DNA from: an uncultured Alphaproteobacteria bacterium
GTDB taxonomy: Bacteria; Pseudomonadota; Alphaproteobacteria; RF32; CAG-239
Direction: 5' to 3'
NCBI GenBank assembly: GCA_944389095.1
Contig: CALXLC010000052.1
Span: forward strand, 9,240 to 73,239
DNA length: 64,000 nucleotides
Below, piece by piece: positions 26,553-35,241 of this stretch (position 1 is its first letter; every line of letters begins with the position of its first letter). The notes under the pieces were generated by a model. The model saw only the letters and a list, made by a program, of their open reading frames with translations. It did not search any database and was not told the origin of the DNA. A program made the translations under genes and the position numbers.

Positions 26553-27989
26553 TCAGCGGCCTCCGCGGTCTTTGCCGGGATTAATGTTTGACGGTTTGTT
26601 TTTTTCGTCGGTATTTTTTTTGACCGGTTGGTAGTTTTCAAAGTAATTTCGGCTTTTTTCGTTTTCTCTCTGGCGCTGCTCCAGGATTTCCATTGTGCTG
26701 TTTAAGTCATTCAGCTCCTGGCGGCTTTTGTCGCTTGTGGGTAAAGTATTTACCGCCTCACTCATAAGCTGCTCGCGGTTTTTTTCTTTGGGAATTCCGT
26801 AAAGTGTGCGGTCCAGCTTGTCTAAAACGGGTGTGGAAGGATTGTGTCCTTTCTCATCATAATTGCCGCTTTTGATATTGGCGCGGGCTTCTTTGAAAGC
26901 CTTTTGGCTGGTTTCGAGAACTTCTTTGAAGTCTTTGTATTCACTGGTTCCGTCATTTATTTTTTTGAGTTCCGCCAATGCCAGTTTATGACCCTCTTCA
27001 AGGTAAAGCTGAAAGTTTTTGTTGAGGTCTTTACCTTCAAAAGCATCGACGTCTTTGCTTTGCAGCTGCATCATCTTGGCAAAAGCGTAGTTGTTGGCGA
27101 TGTGATTTTTCATGCTGAAAAGGGTTGCGTGGTTTAAAATGGTTTCGGCAACCGTTGCTTTGGCCTGTTCTTTGTCAAAGTTTTCGCCCTGCTCGGCTAT
27201 TTTGACATTGGCAGCCAGAGTGGTTATCAATTTGTATATCTGGCTGTCTTTTGACAAGGGGGCATCTTTTTCGGTAATTTCAATTTCATCCAATTTGCCG
27301 TCAATGGCTGCGGCAGCAATAGCGTAAAGCTGTTTTGAGTTGTCAATGACAGGATTTTGTTCTTTGTTTTTGCTGTCAATTTGAAGCAGCTGTTTGCTCA
27401 GCCGGGTCGTGCGGTCATCATTGGGGCTGAAGCCGAATTCGCTTTCCGGAACGCGGTTTTGTTGCATGGTTTGATTGATTTTTTCTCGTTCCCGCGTAAG
27501 GTCTTCCCATTTTTCTCGCGCATTGTTCCAAACATATTTTCCGCCGTCGCCGATTTTGTTGCAGCCCCAGGCAAGAATCCGATAGGCTGCCAGACCGCCT
27601 AACCCGCAGACTTTGTCTCCGGCCCAGGCCGCAGAAGCCAAAACAACGTCTTTCATTAAAAATTCGATGAAATCGCCCTGTTGGATATCAAATTTGCCTT
27701 TTTCCGGATCGCCGTAATCGGGATCTTTGAAGGGTTTTTCCAGTTTTCCGGCAGCACGGTTGCGTTTTGCGGGAGGCGGCGTTTGCGGTTGTCTGGTCGG
27801 ATCTTGGAGATAGAGGTTTCGATCGCTGTCAACGGTTGCCGAATTGTCGGAATCGACAAAGGCAGAATTGGTGTTGGCATCAATGCCGGCAGAGTTGTCC
27901 CGGGTGACGTGCAAAGGATTGCCGCCGCCAAAACGAGCTCGTTCTACTTTTTGTTGCTGTCCTTTTCTTAAATCTTCCGCTGCCGACAT
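26553..27989 (-). CDS. hypothetical protein (478 aa; hydrophobic hairpin plus long Lys/Glu-rich helical region)
   Basis: Long uninterrupted ORF in the operon. Contains the segment VVLASAAWAGDKVCGLGGLAAYRILAWGC. No recognisable domain. Confidence 0.55.
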   Translation of the reverse strand: MSAAEDLRKGQQQKVERARFGGGNPLHVTRDNSAGIDANTNSAFVDSDNSATVDSDRNLYLQDPTRQPQTPPPAKRNRAAGKLEKPFKDPDYGDPEKGKFDIQQGDFIEFLMKDVVLASAAWAGDKVCGLGGLAAYRILAWGCNKIGDGGKYVWNNAREKWEDLTREREKINQTMQQNRVPESEFGFSPNDDRTTRLSKQLLQIDSKNKEQNPVIDNSKQLYAIAAAAIDGKLDEIEITEKDAPLSKDSQIYKLITTLAANVKIAEQGENFDKEQAKATVAETILNHATLFSMKNHIANNYAFAKMMQLQSKDVDAFEGKDLNKNFQLYLEEGHKLALAELKKINDGTSEYKDFKEVLETSQKAFKEARANIKSGNYDEKGHNPSTPVLDKLDRTLYGIPKEKNREQLMSEAVNTLPTSDKSRQELNDLNSTMEILEQRQRENEKSRNYFENYQPVKKNTDEKNKPSNINPGKDRGGR

Positions 27990-28067
27990 GGTAACCTCGC
28001 TTGAAAATATTTATTTCTTTCAGAATAACATTTATTTCGTGTTTTGTCTATATTTTTCGCTATTTTT

Positions 28068-29033
28068 TTAGGCTTTCAGTTTTTTCATGAATTTGCCGAT
28101 TTCTTTGTTGATTTTGATGCCGTCTTCCGGTTTGGGTTTTATCATACCGAAAAAGCGGGCGGGAATCTTTTCTATCAGAATCGGGGAAAAAGTAGCCGGG
28201 TTGTTTTCGAGCATTTTTTGTGCGCCGACAGGGTCTTTGCGGGCGGTTTTAAAGTAGTTGCCGATCAGCCTTTCGGCGTCAATCGGAAATTTTTGTTTTT
28301 TGATTGCTTCAATATAACGCTGCATTTTTTCTTTGCGTTCCTGATGCTCTTCATAGAGACGGCGTTCAATTTTTCGCTTTTCGGCTTTGGCCTTGCGTTG
28401 GAAGTAGGCTATTTCGCAGCCTTCCAGTTCTATTAAAATTTCCACATAAGAAATCAGAGCCAGCTGGAGGCTTTCGTTGGTTGTTTTTTCCGCAAACTCC
28501 AGAATCTGTTCGTCGCTGGCCTGAGCCGGGAGACTGGCCAGGCGTGTCGGCTGGCTTTGGAGCATGACATCCCAGCCGAGCAGAACGTTTTGATTAATCA
28601 TTTGACCGCGGGAAGGACGGTAGCGGGGGTATAAGTCTTCCGCCGTAAGGGTAAAAGCCGGCGTTTCCATATCGGCCTGTTGGGCCAGAACTTTTACGGC
28701 TTCGGTGAAATTGTGATAGGCATCGTAAAGCTGGCGCTCTTCCGCGTAAAGACGCTGGACGTATTCGTCAACGTTGTCGTTCAGCTGAGCGGCGAGAGGT
28801 TTTTTGTTTTTTTCAAGCTCAAGGGTTTCTTCCTGAGTTGCGTCGCAGTCTTCCAACTGACTGGAAATAAACTCGTCCAGAAGACGATCAAAGTCGTCTT
28901 TATCTTCGTTTTTGGCCGGTAAAGGCTGGTTGGGTTCGTTATCAACCGTCAAATCAATGGTGCTGGGGATGAAGTCGGAGTTTAAAAACTCTTCTACTTC
29001 GGGATGAATATCATTGTTTGTTTCTGCAGACAT
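28068..29033 (-). CDS. hypothetical cytoplasmic protein (321 aa, acidic N-terminus, basic C-terminus)
   Basis: Uninterrupted ORF 10 nt downstream of the first operon gene. No recognisable domain. Confidence 0.55.
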   Translation of the reverse strand: MSAETNNDIHPEVEEFLNSDFIPSTIDLTVDNEPNQPLPAKNEDKDDFDRLLDEFISSQLEDCDATQEETLELEKNKKPLAAQLNDNVDEYVQRLYAEERQLYDAYHNFTEAVKVLAQQADMETPAFTLTAEDLYPRYRPSRGQMINQNVLLGWDVMLQSQPTRLASLPAQASDEQILEFAEKTTNESLQLALISYVEILIELEGCEIAYFQRKAKAEKRKIERRLYEEHQERKEKMQRYIEAIKKQKFPIDAERLIGNYFKTARKDPVGAQKMLENNPATFSPILIEKIPARFFGMIKPKPEDGIKINKEIGKFMKKLKA

Positions 29034-29043
29034 GGCGGCCTCT

Positions 29044-29328
29044 TTAATGAACTGTTATTACGGTGTCGATTTCGGCACGGTTGCGGTTGTAAATAATCAG
29101 GCGATCCGGGAGGCCGCCGTTTTTGAGGAGGATGTACAGGTTTTCTCCTTCCGTTTTGAAATCGGCAATGCCGCTTCCCCGCGGTTGTTCCAGGTTATAA
29201 GATATTTCGTGGCGAGGGAGCGGTGTCCGGTTTTTTTTATAAATCACGCCCAGCAGGCTCAGGGTTCCGAAGACCAACAGAAAAGTCAGTATGACGACAA
29301 TTGTTTTTATCAGTTTGAGCTTATCCAT
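29044..29328 (-). CDS. hypothetical small single-pass membrane protein (first gene of the operon)
   Basis: 94 aa with N-terminal TM segment IVVILTFLLVFGTLSLLGVI followed by a beta-rich segment. Confidence 0.5.
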   Translation of the reverse strand: MDKLKLIKTIVVILTFLLVFGTLSLLGVIYKKNRTPLPRHEISYNLEQPRGSGIADFKTEGENLYILLKNGGLPDRLIIYNRNRAEIDTVITVH

Positions 29329-29339
29329 CGTTATCTCGC

Positions 29340-29367
29340 TTGCAAGTTTTGTTTTTAACCGTATTAT
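29340..29367 (+). promoter_or_regulatory. sigma70-like promoter for rluD; its -10 overlaps a perfect minus-strand TATAAT for the divergent operon
   Basis: TTGCAA, a 16-nt spacer, then TATTAT on the plus strand. The complement of 29363-29368 reads TATAAT toward the T4CP operon, but with no good -35. Confidence 0.4.
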
Positions 29368-29402
29368 AGAGCCGAAACATCCTTTTTTTTGAAATGTAAA
29401 AG

Positions 29403-30377
29403 ATGGCTGATACGGATAACTTTAACACAGTAATGGTTAACAAAAAATATAACGGCTGGCGAATCGATAAGTTTTTGAGCGTCGTTTTTCCGGATATTTC
29501 GCGTTCCCAAGTGCAGCGGTTGTTAAAAGAACAATGCGTAACCGTTGACGGCGAATCTGCCGGGGATGCCTCTTTTAAGGTCAAAGAAGGGCAAATTTGC
29601 GTCATGACAATTCCTGAGCCGGAAGAAGCCGTTCCGGAGCCTGAAAATATTCCGCTGGAAATTGTTTATGAAGACGAGGATTTGATTGTGGTTAATAAAC
29701 CGGCCGGCATGACGGTTCATCCGGCGCCCGGTTCACCGCGGGGGACGCTGGTTAATGCTTTACTGTATCATTGCCAGGGAAATCTTTCGGGAATCGGCGG
29801 TGTTAAGCGTCCGGGAATTGTTCACCGGATTGATAAAGATACGTCCGGTCTGCTGGTGGCGGCCAAAAACGATATGGCACATAAGGCCCTCTGTGCACAA
29901 TTTGCGGAACATTCCATTGAGCGGACTTATTTTGCCGCGGTTTTCGGTGTTCCGAATCCGTTAGAGGGACGAATTGAAGGCAATATCGGGCGCAGTCCGT
30001 ATGACCGAAAAAAAATGGCGCTGGTCAGAAAAAACGGTAAAGCTGCCGTAACCAATTATAAAACAACCGAAATTTTCGGCGGGCTGGCAAGTTTGGTCAA
30101 ATGTAATCTGGAAACAGGACGGACTCATCAGATACGAGTGCATCTGAGCAGTCTGGGGTGCAATCTTATCGGCGACCAGCTGTATGTTAAATCGAAAAAG
30201 ATAAACGAAAAAAGAGTTGCGACAGAGCTTCGCGATTATATTAATCATTTTCCCCGGCAGGCTCTTCATGCAAAGTCATTGGGTTTCCGGCATCCGAGAA
30301 GCGGCAGGCAGCTGCAATTTGACAGCGTTTTTCCCGCTGATTTTGAGGAGTTACTGCAAAAACTGCGGTGTTTGTAA
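29403..30377 (+). CDS. rluD: 23S rRNA pseudouridine synthase, RluA family (RluD-like)
   Basis: Contains an S4 domain at the N-terminus, the catalytic HRIDKDTSGLLV, and GRTHQIRVH. Confidence 0.9.
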   Translation: MADTDNFNTVMVNKKYNGWRIDKFLSVVFPDISRSQVQRLLKEQCVTVDGESAGDASFKVKEGQICVMTIPEPEEAVPEPENIPLEIVYEDEDLIVVNKPAGMTVHPAPGSPRGTLVNALLYHCQGNLSGIGGVKRPGIVHRIDKDTSGLLVAAKNDMAHKALCAQFAEHSIERTYFAAVFGVPNPLEGRIEGNIGRSPYDRKKMALVRKNGKAAVTNYKTTEIFGGLASLVKCNLETGRTHQIRVHLSSLGCNLIGDQLYVKSKKINEKRVATELRDYINHFPRQALHAKSLGFRHPRSGRQLQFDSVFPADFEELLQKLRCL

Positions 30378-30542
30378 AGGGCTAAAAAACGACTCCGTTG
30401 TTTTGGGAAATCCGTCTACAAATAGAACTATTGTTCAGGTTGTGCATAACTTTTTTTTGGGGCAGAGTCTGACTCGTCAATTTGAAAACTCGGACTTTCG
30501 GACTTTTGAACTACTCGGTTTTAATGAAACAGGAGTAACAAA

Positions 30543-31415
30543 ATGGAAAATGTCTCAGCTTTGAACGGAATTGACTTCTCCCCCGAAATTAATATGATCC
30601 GCTATCTGCAGAAAATCCGGCAGTATCCGATTTTGACGCAGGAAGAAGAATATACACTGGCGGTAAAATATCAGCAGACCAAAAATCCGGAAATTGCAAA
30701 AGTGCTGGTTACTTCTCACCTGCGGCTGGTGGTCAAAGTCGTTTCCAAATATAAAGGTTACGGGTTGTCAACCGCGGAAATGATTTCGGAAGGAAATATC
30801 GGTCTTTTGTATGCTGTTGAAAAATTTGAACCAGAAAAAGGTTTTCGGTTTTCTACATATGCTTTGTGGTGGATTAAGGCGTCGGTTCAGAAGTATATTT
30901 TAAACTCCTGGTCTTTGGTTAAAATCGGAACAACGGCGGCTCAGAAAAAATTGTTTTTTAATTTGAGGAAAATCAAAAACAAACTTAATCTGATTGATGA
31001 CAGAGAACTTTCGCCGAAAGTGCTCGGCGGAATAGCAAAGTCGCTGGATGTCAGTGTGCAGGATGTGACGGATATGAACATGCGGCTTAAATCTCATGAC
31101 GGTTCGTTAAACATGGTTATCGATTCCTCTTCGGACAGCGGCAGCGAGTGGCTTGATTTTATTGCCGACGGCAAGCCGAATCAGGAAGAAACTCTGGCGT
31201 ATTCCGAGACCATGAAATATCGCCGCAGGCTTTTTAATCAGGCGCTGGTTTGTCTGAATAAGCGGGAAAAAGATATTTTGTTCAAAAGACGTCTTTGTGA
31301 CAGGGCCGTAACCCTGGATGATTTGAGCAAAGTTTATCATATTTCAAAAGAGCGCGTCCGGCAGATAGAATTAAATTCCATCAAGAAAATCAAAAAAGCC
31401 ATTGCGGTTATGTAG
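30543..31415 (+). CDS. rpoH: RNA polymerase heat-shock sigma factor RpoH (sigma-32)
   Basis: Region 2 reads SEGNIGLLYAVEKFEPEKGFRFSTYALWWIKA. Has the RpoH box QKKLFFNLRK and a region 4 HTH. Sits in the rluD-rpoH order. Confidence 0.92.
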   Translation: MENVSALNGIDFSPEINMIRYLQKIRQYPILTQEEEYTLAVKYQQTKNPEIAKVLVTSHLRLVVKVVSKYKGYGLSTAEMISEGNIGLLYAVEKFEPEKGFRFSTYALWWIKASVQKYILNSWSLVKIGTTAAQKKLFFNLRKIKNKLNLIDDRELSPKVLGGIAKSLDVSVQDVTDMNMRLKSHDGSLNMVIDSSSDSGSEWLDFIADGKPNQEETLAYSETMKYRRRLFNQALVCLNKREKDILFKRRLCDRAVTLDDLSKVYHISKERVRQIELNSIKKIKKAIAVM

Positions 31416-31424
31416 TTTTATTTC

Positions 31425-31456
31425 AAAAAAAGGCCGCTTGTTTGGGCGGCCTGATT
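31425..31456. terminator. bidirectional terminator between rpoH and the 4-TM gene
   Basis: A6-AGGCCGC-N8-GCGGCCT-GATTTTA, lying between convergent stops at 31415 and 31457. Confidence 0.55.
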
Positions 31457-31933
31457 TTATCCGTTTTCGGCGTTCTCTTCGTTTTTGGCCCAGTCCTGAG
31501 AAAGTTTTTCAAGACGCGCGTCTATCACCTTAAGGCGGTGTTGTGACGATGCCTTGGAAATCATTACAAAAAGGTTGGGCAGCTCATAATAGATAATAGC
31601 GCCGACAGCGGCTGCGCCAAGCATGATAATCAGATTGAAAATATTGCTGACGATTGAAAAAGCCTGATCCAGGTCAAATTGATTAAAAATGTTCATCAGG
31701 CAGATAAAAACGCCGGACAGATTAAAACAACCGATAACCGTCAGTTTGGTGGCGTTTTTAGAGTCAGTGAGCAAAACGGTAATTGACGGCAGCAAGCCGA
31801 TCAGAACGATAATAACCGCCGGGAGAGCCGTAAAGATAAGAACCAATAATCCCAAAACCAGCAGGATTTTTTGGAATAAAGACAATTTTTTTAACGGATT
31901 ACCCGGTTTTTTGTTTTCTTTTTTTGCTATCAT
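31457..31933 (-). CDS. hypothetical four-TM membrane protein coupled to the pseudokinase
   Basis: 158 aa with four hydrophobic helices. The ATG overlaps the upstream stop (TAATG). Confidence 0.6.
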   Translation of the reverse strand: MIAKKENKKPGNPLKKLSLFQKILLVLGLLVLIFTALPAVIIVLIGLLPSITVLLTDSKNATKLTVIGCFNLSGVFICLMNIFNQFDLDQAFSIVSNIFNLIIMLGAAAVGAIIYYELPNLFVMISKASSQHRLKVIDARLEKLSQDWAKNEENAENG

Positions 31934-33957
31934 TACTTAATCGCCCAGTAGATTATGCTGAAAATAAATGATGCCATCATGGTTATAATCGCAATGATGG
32001 AAGCCAGACGGAGCGCCAGTTCTTTGGCTTCTTCATCCAATTTGGGGCCGCCATTTAAAATGCGGTTGCGTTCCATGGTCAGAGAATTGATTTCACGGAG
32101 CGCTTCGGCATATTCCAGACGGTCTTTTTGTTTGGCCTCGTCGTTTTCAAGGATTTCATGGATTTCAATGACTTTACCGTTTTTGGCAATCTTACCCAGC
32201 TCTCTTTCCAGATATTTTTGGTATTTTATGTTATGGTATGACTGGATTATCGGTCTGGAAATGCTGACCAGCCACTGAGTAAGATTGGGAAGTTGAACGG
32301 GGCCGTGTTTGTTTTGAATATTGGCGTAGAGACGTATAATTGCGCTGATTTGCAGAATTTCGCTGCGGGAATTGAGATCGGTCAGAATTCCGTCAATTTT
32401 TTTGCCCATTTTGCAGCGCAAATAAGCGATAATATTGCGGTCATAGGGTGCGGTGTTTTTGAAATCGGAATAGTTGTTATCAAGCGCTCGCAGCACTTTG
32501 GCCGGTGAGTTGACAAAGTCATTGCCGATAAGCAGGCTGGTGCAGGGCAGGTCGTCGTCAAAGTCATACATAATTCGGTCGATGCCGTATCCGTAATCTT
32601 TTCGGTTGACATAGACTTTGAATTCATTGCTGTTTGACGGTGCGCGCAGCGAGGGCTGCTCCTGATACCAGTTTCTGATGACGTCGCCGGAAAGCAGGGC
32701 ATAAAAATCTCCTAAATTCTGGCTTGTTTTCAGATAATAGAACAGTGTTTTCGGAATACCGCCCGGGAAAACAAAAATATCACCGGCTTTTACGGGAAGC
32801 GTGAAATCAAGCATGATGCAAATCTGCTGCACCAGAAACGGAGAATTTTCGCTTTCGTTGTTTTGGCGAATCAATTTTTCAACACGATTATGAAGTTTTT
32901 CGTTTTCAAGGCCGTTTTTTATCCATTCAAGAAGTTTTCCGTTTTTTATCAGGGTAACGGCTTCATCCGGATTGTTGAGCAGCGCAATGGCGACGCTTTT
33001 GGCCGTATAGAGTTTTTCATTTCCGATTGTGAGTGCCCGCATGGATTTTTCGGTGGTTTCCGAAGCGATGAAAGTGTTCGGTTTGCCGTCCAGATAATTG
33101 TATATTTGGAGGTAATTCCAGCGGCTTTCGGGGTTGTCTTCCAGCATTCCTTTCAAAAGGGGCGTGAATTGATTGTAAATTTTATCCATGCCGAGCAGGG
33201 CGGCATAAGACCCTTTTTTCAGTTTGGTACGCAAAAGTTCGGGAACGGAAATTTCGGCAGCCGGTTCTTTTTGCAGCAAAAGTCCGAGCATGGCGACGCC
33301 GGCGGCGTAAATATCGTCCGGCGGGGTTCCTTCACCGCGTCCCTGCGGCAGGCAGAGCAGGCTTTCCACCGTTTCGTAAGCGGCGGGCTGATAAAGCGCC
33401 GGAAAACTGGCCAGACAATCACCCAGGACAATTTCTGTTTTTGAGGCGTCTTTGTAAAAGATGTTGTCCAGACGAATGGCCCGGTGCGAAATGTTATAAC
33501 CGCGCAGGCTTTCGCAGGCGGAAACAATTGAAAGAACCAGATTTTTGAAGCGTTCAAAACTGTTTTTCAGGTTAATATCGGCATTGTCAAACAGATTGAC
33601 TTTGGGACCGCCGGGCCGCCGATAAATCAGGGCCATGTTGCGTGATTTTTGAGGCAAATAATCCACGGCACTGTATTCCACCAGCTTTAACAGATGCGGG
33701 TGGTCGATGGATTTAAGGTAGGGCAGCTTGGACAGACGCGGCGGAAATTTGTTGTCGCAAATCAAAGCAAAAAGTTCCCGTTGGGGGTTTATTTTGTCTT
33801 TGACCTCATAAGCCTGGGCTCCGTTAGTATCAAACTGCGGCAAGGGAGCGTCAAATTTTATTTCATAACGTTCTTTAACCAAAACGCTTTGGTTGGTGTT
33901 TGCCACAGCGGGAACTTCCGTTTCTTCCTCCGGCGGAATATTTTCTTCGTCAGCCAT
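31933..33957 (-). CDS. membrane-anchored Ser/Thr-protein-kinase-like protein, predicted pseudokinase
   Basis: The catalytic-loop-like ISHRAIRLDNIFY has Ala in place of the HRD Asp. GDC replaces DFG, and DDIYAAGVAMLGLLL is present. There is no Gly-rich loop. About 350 aa of unknown domain follows, then a C-terminal TM helix. Confidence 0.55.
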   Translation of the reverse strand: MADEENIPPEEETEVPAVANTNQSVLVKERYEIKFDAPLPQFDTNGAQAYEVKDKINPQRELFALICDNKFPPRLSKLPYLKSIDHPHLLKLVEYSAVDYLPQKSRNMALIYRRPGGPKVNLFDNADINLKNSFERFKNLVLSIVSACESLRGYNISHRAIRLDNIFYKDASKTEIVLGDCLASFPALYQPAAYETVESLLCLPQGRGEGTPPDDIYAAGVAMLGLLLQKEPAAEISVPELLRTKLKKGSYAALLGMDKIYNQFTPLLKGMLEDNPESRWNYLQIYNYLDGKPNTFIASETTEKSMRALTIGNEKLYTAKSVAIALLNNPDEAVTLIKNGKLLEWIKNGLENEKLHNRVEKLIRQNNESENSPFLVQQICIMLDFTLPVKAGDIFVFPGGIPKTLFYYLKTSQNLGDFYALLSGDVIRNWYQEQPSLRAPSNSNEFKVYVNRKDYGYGIDRIMYDFDDDLPCTSLLIGNDFVNSPAKVLRALDNNYSDFKNTAPYDRNIIAYLRCKMGKKIDGILTDLNSRSEILQISAIIRLYANIQNKHGPVQLPNLTQWLVSISRPIIQSYHNIKYQKYLERELGKIAKNGKVIEIHEILENDEAKQKDRLEYAEALREINSLTMERNRILNGGPKLDEEAKELALRLASIIAIITMMASFIFSIIYWAIK

Positions 33958-34088
33958 ATTGAATTCTTTCAGCCTTTTTATAGATAAAAGGCATTATAAA
34001 GACAGATTCTTAATAAAATACAAAGATTTTAGGCATTGTCTTTTATAAAAATCGATTCTAAAATCAATCAAACGAAAAAAGCTGCATA

Positions 34089-35198
34089 ATGATTAAAAGA
34101 AAAAACAAAAACGATACCATCCCAACCGAAACGCCGGTTTCTCTTGAAGGAGGAGCCGACCTCAAACCCGCCCGGTTTACCGATATAAAAATTCTGGAAG
34201 ACGCGCCGAAATATAATATTGATTTGGAAGCGCTTGAAAATTATCAGGCCCGGCCGGTGACGGCGGCGGCGGTTAATGTTGATGATGCGGTTGCGGAAGA
34301 TAAATACTTTTGGCAGGAGCTTGATGTCAGTCTGGCCGATATGACCAGTTATGTTTTTGATGATGACGAGCGGCCGATTGTTATGGTCAGTGACGATAAA
34401 ATTGCTTATCTTAACAAAGCTGCTCAGAATATGTTGGAATTGTCTTCTCAAAAAGAAGCTATGGGCGGCAAATTTTTGCGGTTTGTGGAAAAGGGAGACC
34501 GGGACAAGCTGGCGTCGGGAATCGGCGAGATGCTGGCTGACGCCGCAAAGCAGACAATACATTTGAAAGCACTTTCCGGAAAAATACATGCCGTTGAGTT
34601 TCGAGCCGTTTATCTTCCGGATTCTTTGCATTTTTCATTTATTTTAATCGGCAATCATGAAGTTAAGCCGGTTCCGTCACAGCAAATTTTTAATAATTTG
34701 TATGATGAGCTTACCGGTTTGCCGAATTTCTTTTTGTTTGAAGACCGGGTGCAAATGGCCGTTAATTACGAAAATTATAAAGATGTCCGCCTGCCCCGGG
34801 ATTTGATAGCCGTGGCGGCAGTGAGCATTGACAATATCGAAATGTTCCGCCGGTTGAATTTGGAAAGTTTTGCCATAAAAAAGCTGGCTAATACGCTGGT
34901 TTTGAGTTTGAAAAAAAATTATACCGTGGCCCGGGGGCTGCGTTATCAATTTTGGGTTTTAATGCCGGAAATTGCCAATGAGCATGTTTTGAAAATTGAA
35001 TTGGAAAAGCTGCGGGCCATTTTTAACGAAGGCATTAATGACAATTTTACTACTCACGAAGTTGTTGCCAGCATTGGAGCAACGGTTTTCCCCAAGCCGG
35101 CTCATTCGGCAAAAAAATTGGTAGAACAGGCCATATTTGCTCTCAGGCAGGCTCAGGAGAGAAACGGTAATCGGTTGGAACTGTTTGAGTTAAAATGA
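34089..35198 (+). CDS. PAS-like sensor with a degenerate GGDEF domain
   Basis: The GGDEF-fold start is YDELTGLPN. The active-site position reads ARGLRYQF instead of GGDEF, and there is no RxxD I-site. Confidence 0.6.
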   Translation: MIKRKNKNDTIPTETPVSLEGGADLKPARFTDIKILEDAPKYNIDLEALENYQARPVTAAAVNVDDAVAEDKYFWQELDVSLADMTSYVFDDDERPIVMVSDDKIAYLNKAAQNMLELSSQKEAMGGKFLRFVEKGDRDKLASGIGEMLADAAKQTIHLKALSGKIHAVEFRAVYLPDSLHFSFILIGNHEVKPVPSQQIFNNLYDELTGLPNFFLFEDRVQMAVNYENYKDVRLPRDLIAVAAVSIDNIEMFRRLNLESFAIKKLANTLVLSLKKNYTVARGLRYQFWVLMPEIANEHVLKIELEKLRAIFNEGINDNFTTHEVVASIGATVFPKPAHSAKKLVEQAIFALRQAQERNGNRLELFELK

Positions 35199-35199
35199 A

Positions 35200-35231
35200 A
35201 AAAAGCCTTGATAAAATCAAGGCTTTTTTCG
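35200..35231. terminator. bidirectional intrinsic terminator
   Basis: AAGCCTTGAT-AAA-ATCAAGGCTT, a perfect 10-bp stem, flanked by an A-run and a T-run. It lies between convergent stops at 35198 and 35242. Confidence 0.7.
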
Positions 35232-35241
35232 GATTGCTTTT

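Noticed and set aside
34068-34631. A 187-aa minus-strand ORF opposite the PAS-GGDEF gene.
   Set aside because: It lies entirely inside the plus-strand gene, which has recognisable domain landmarks. It is Arg/Phe/Ile-rich with no motif.
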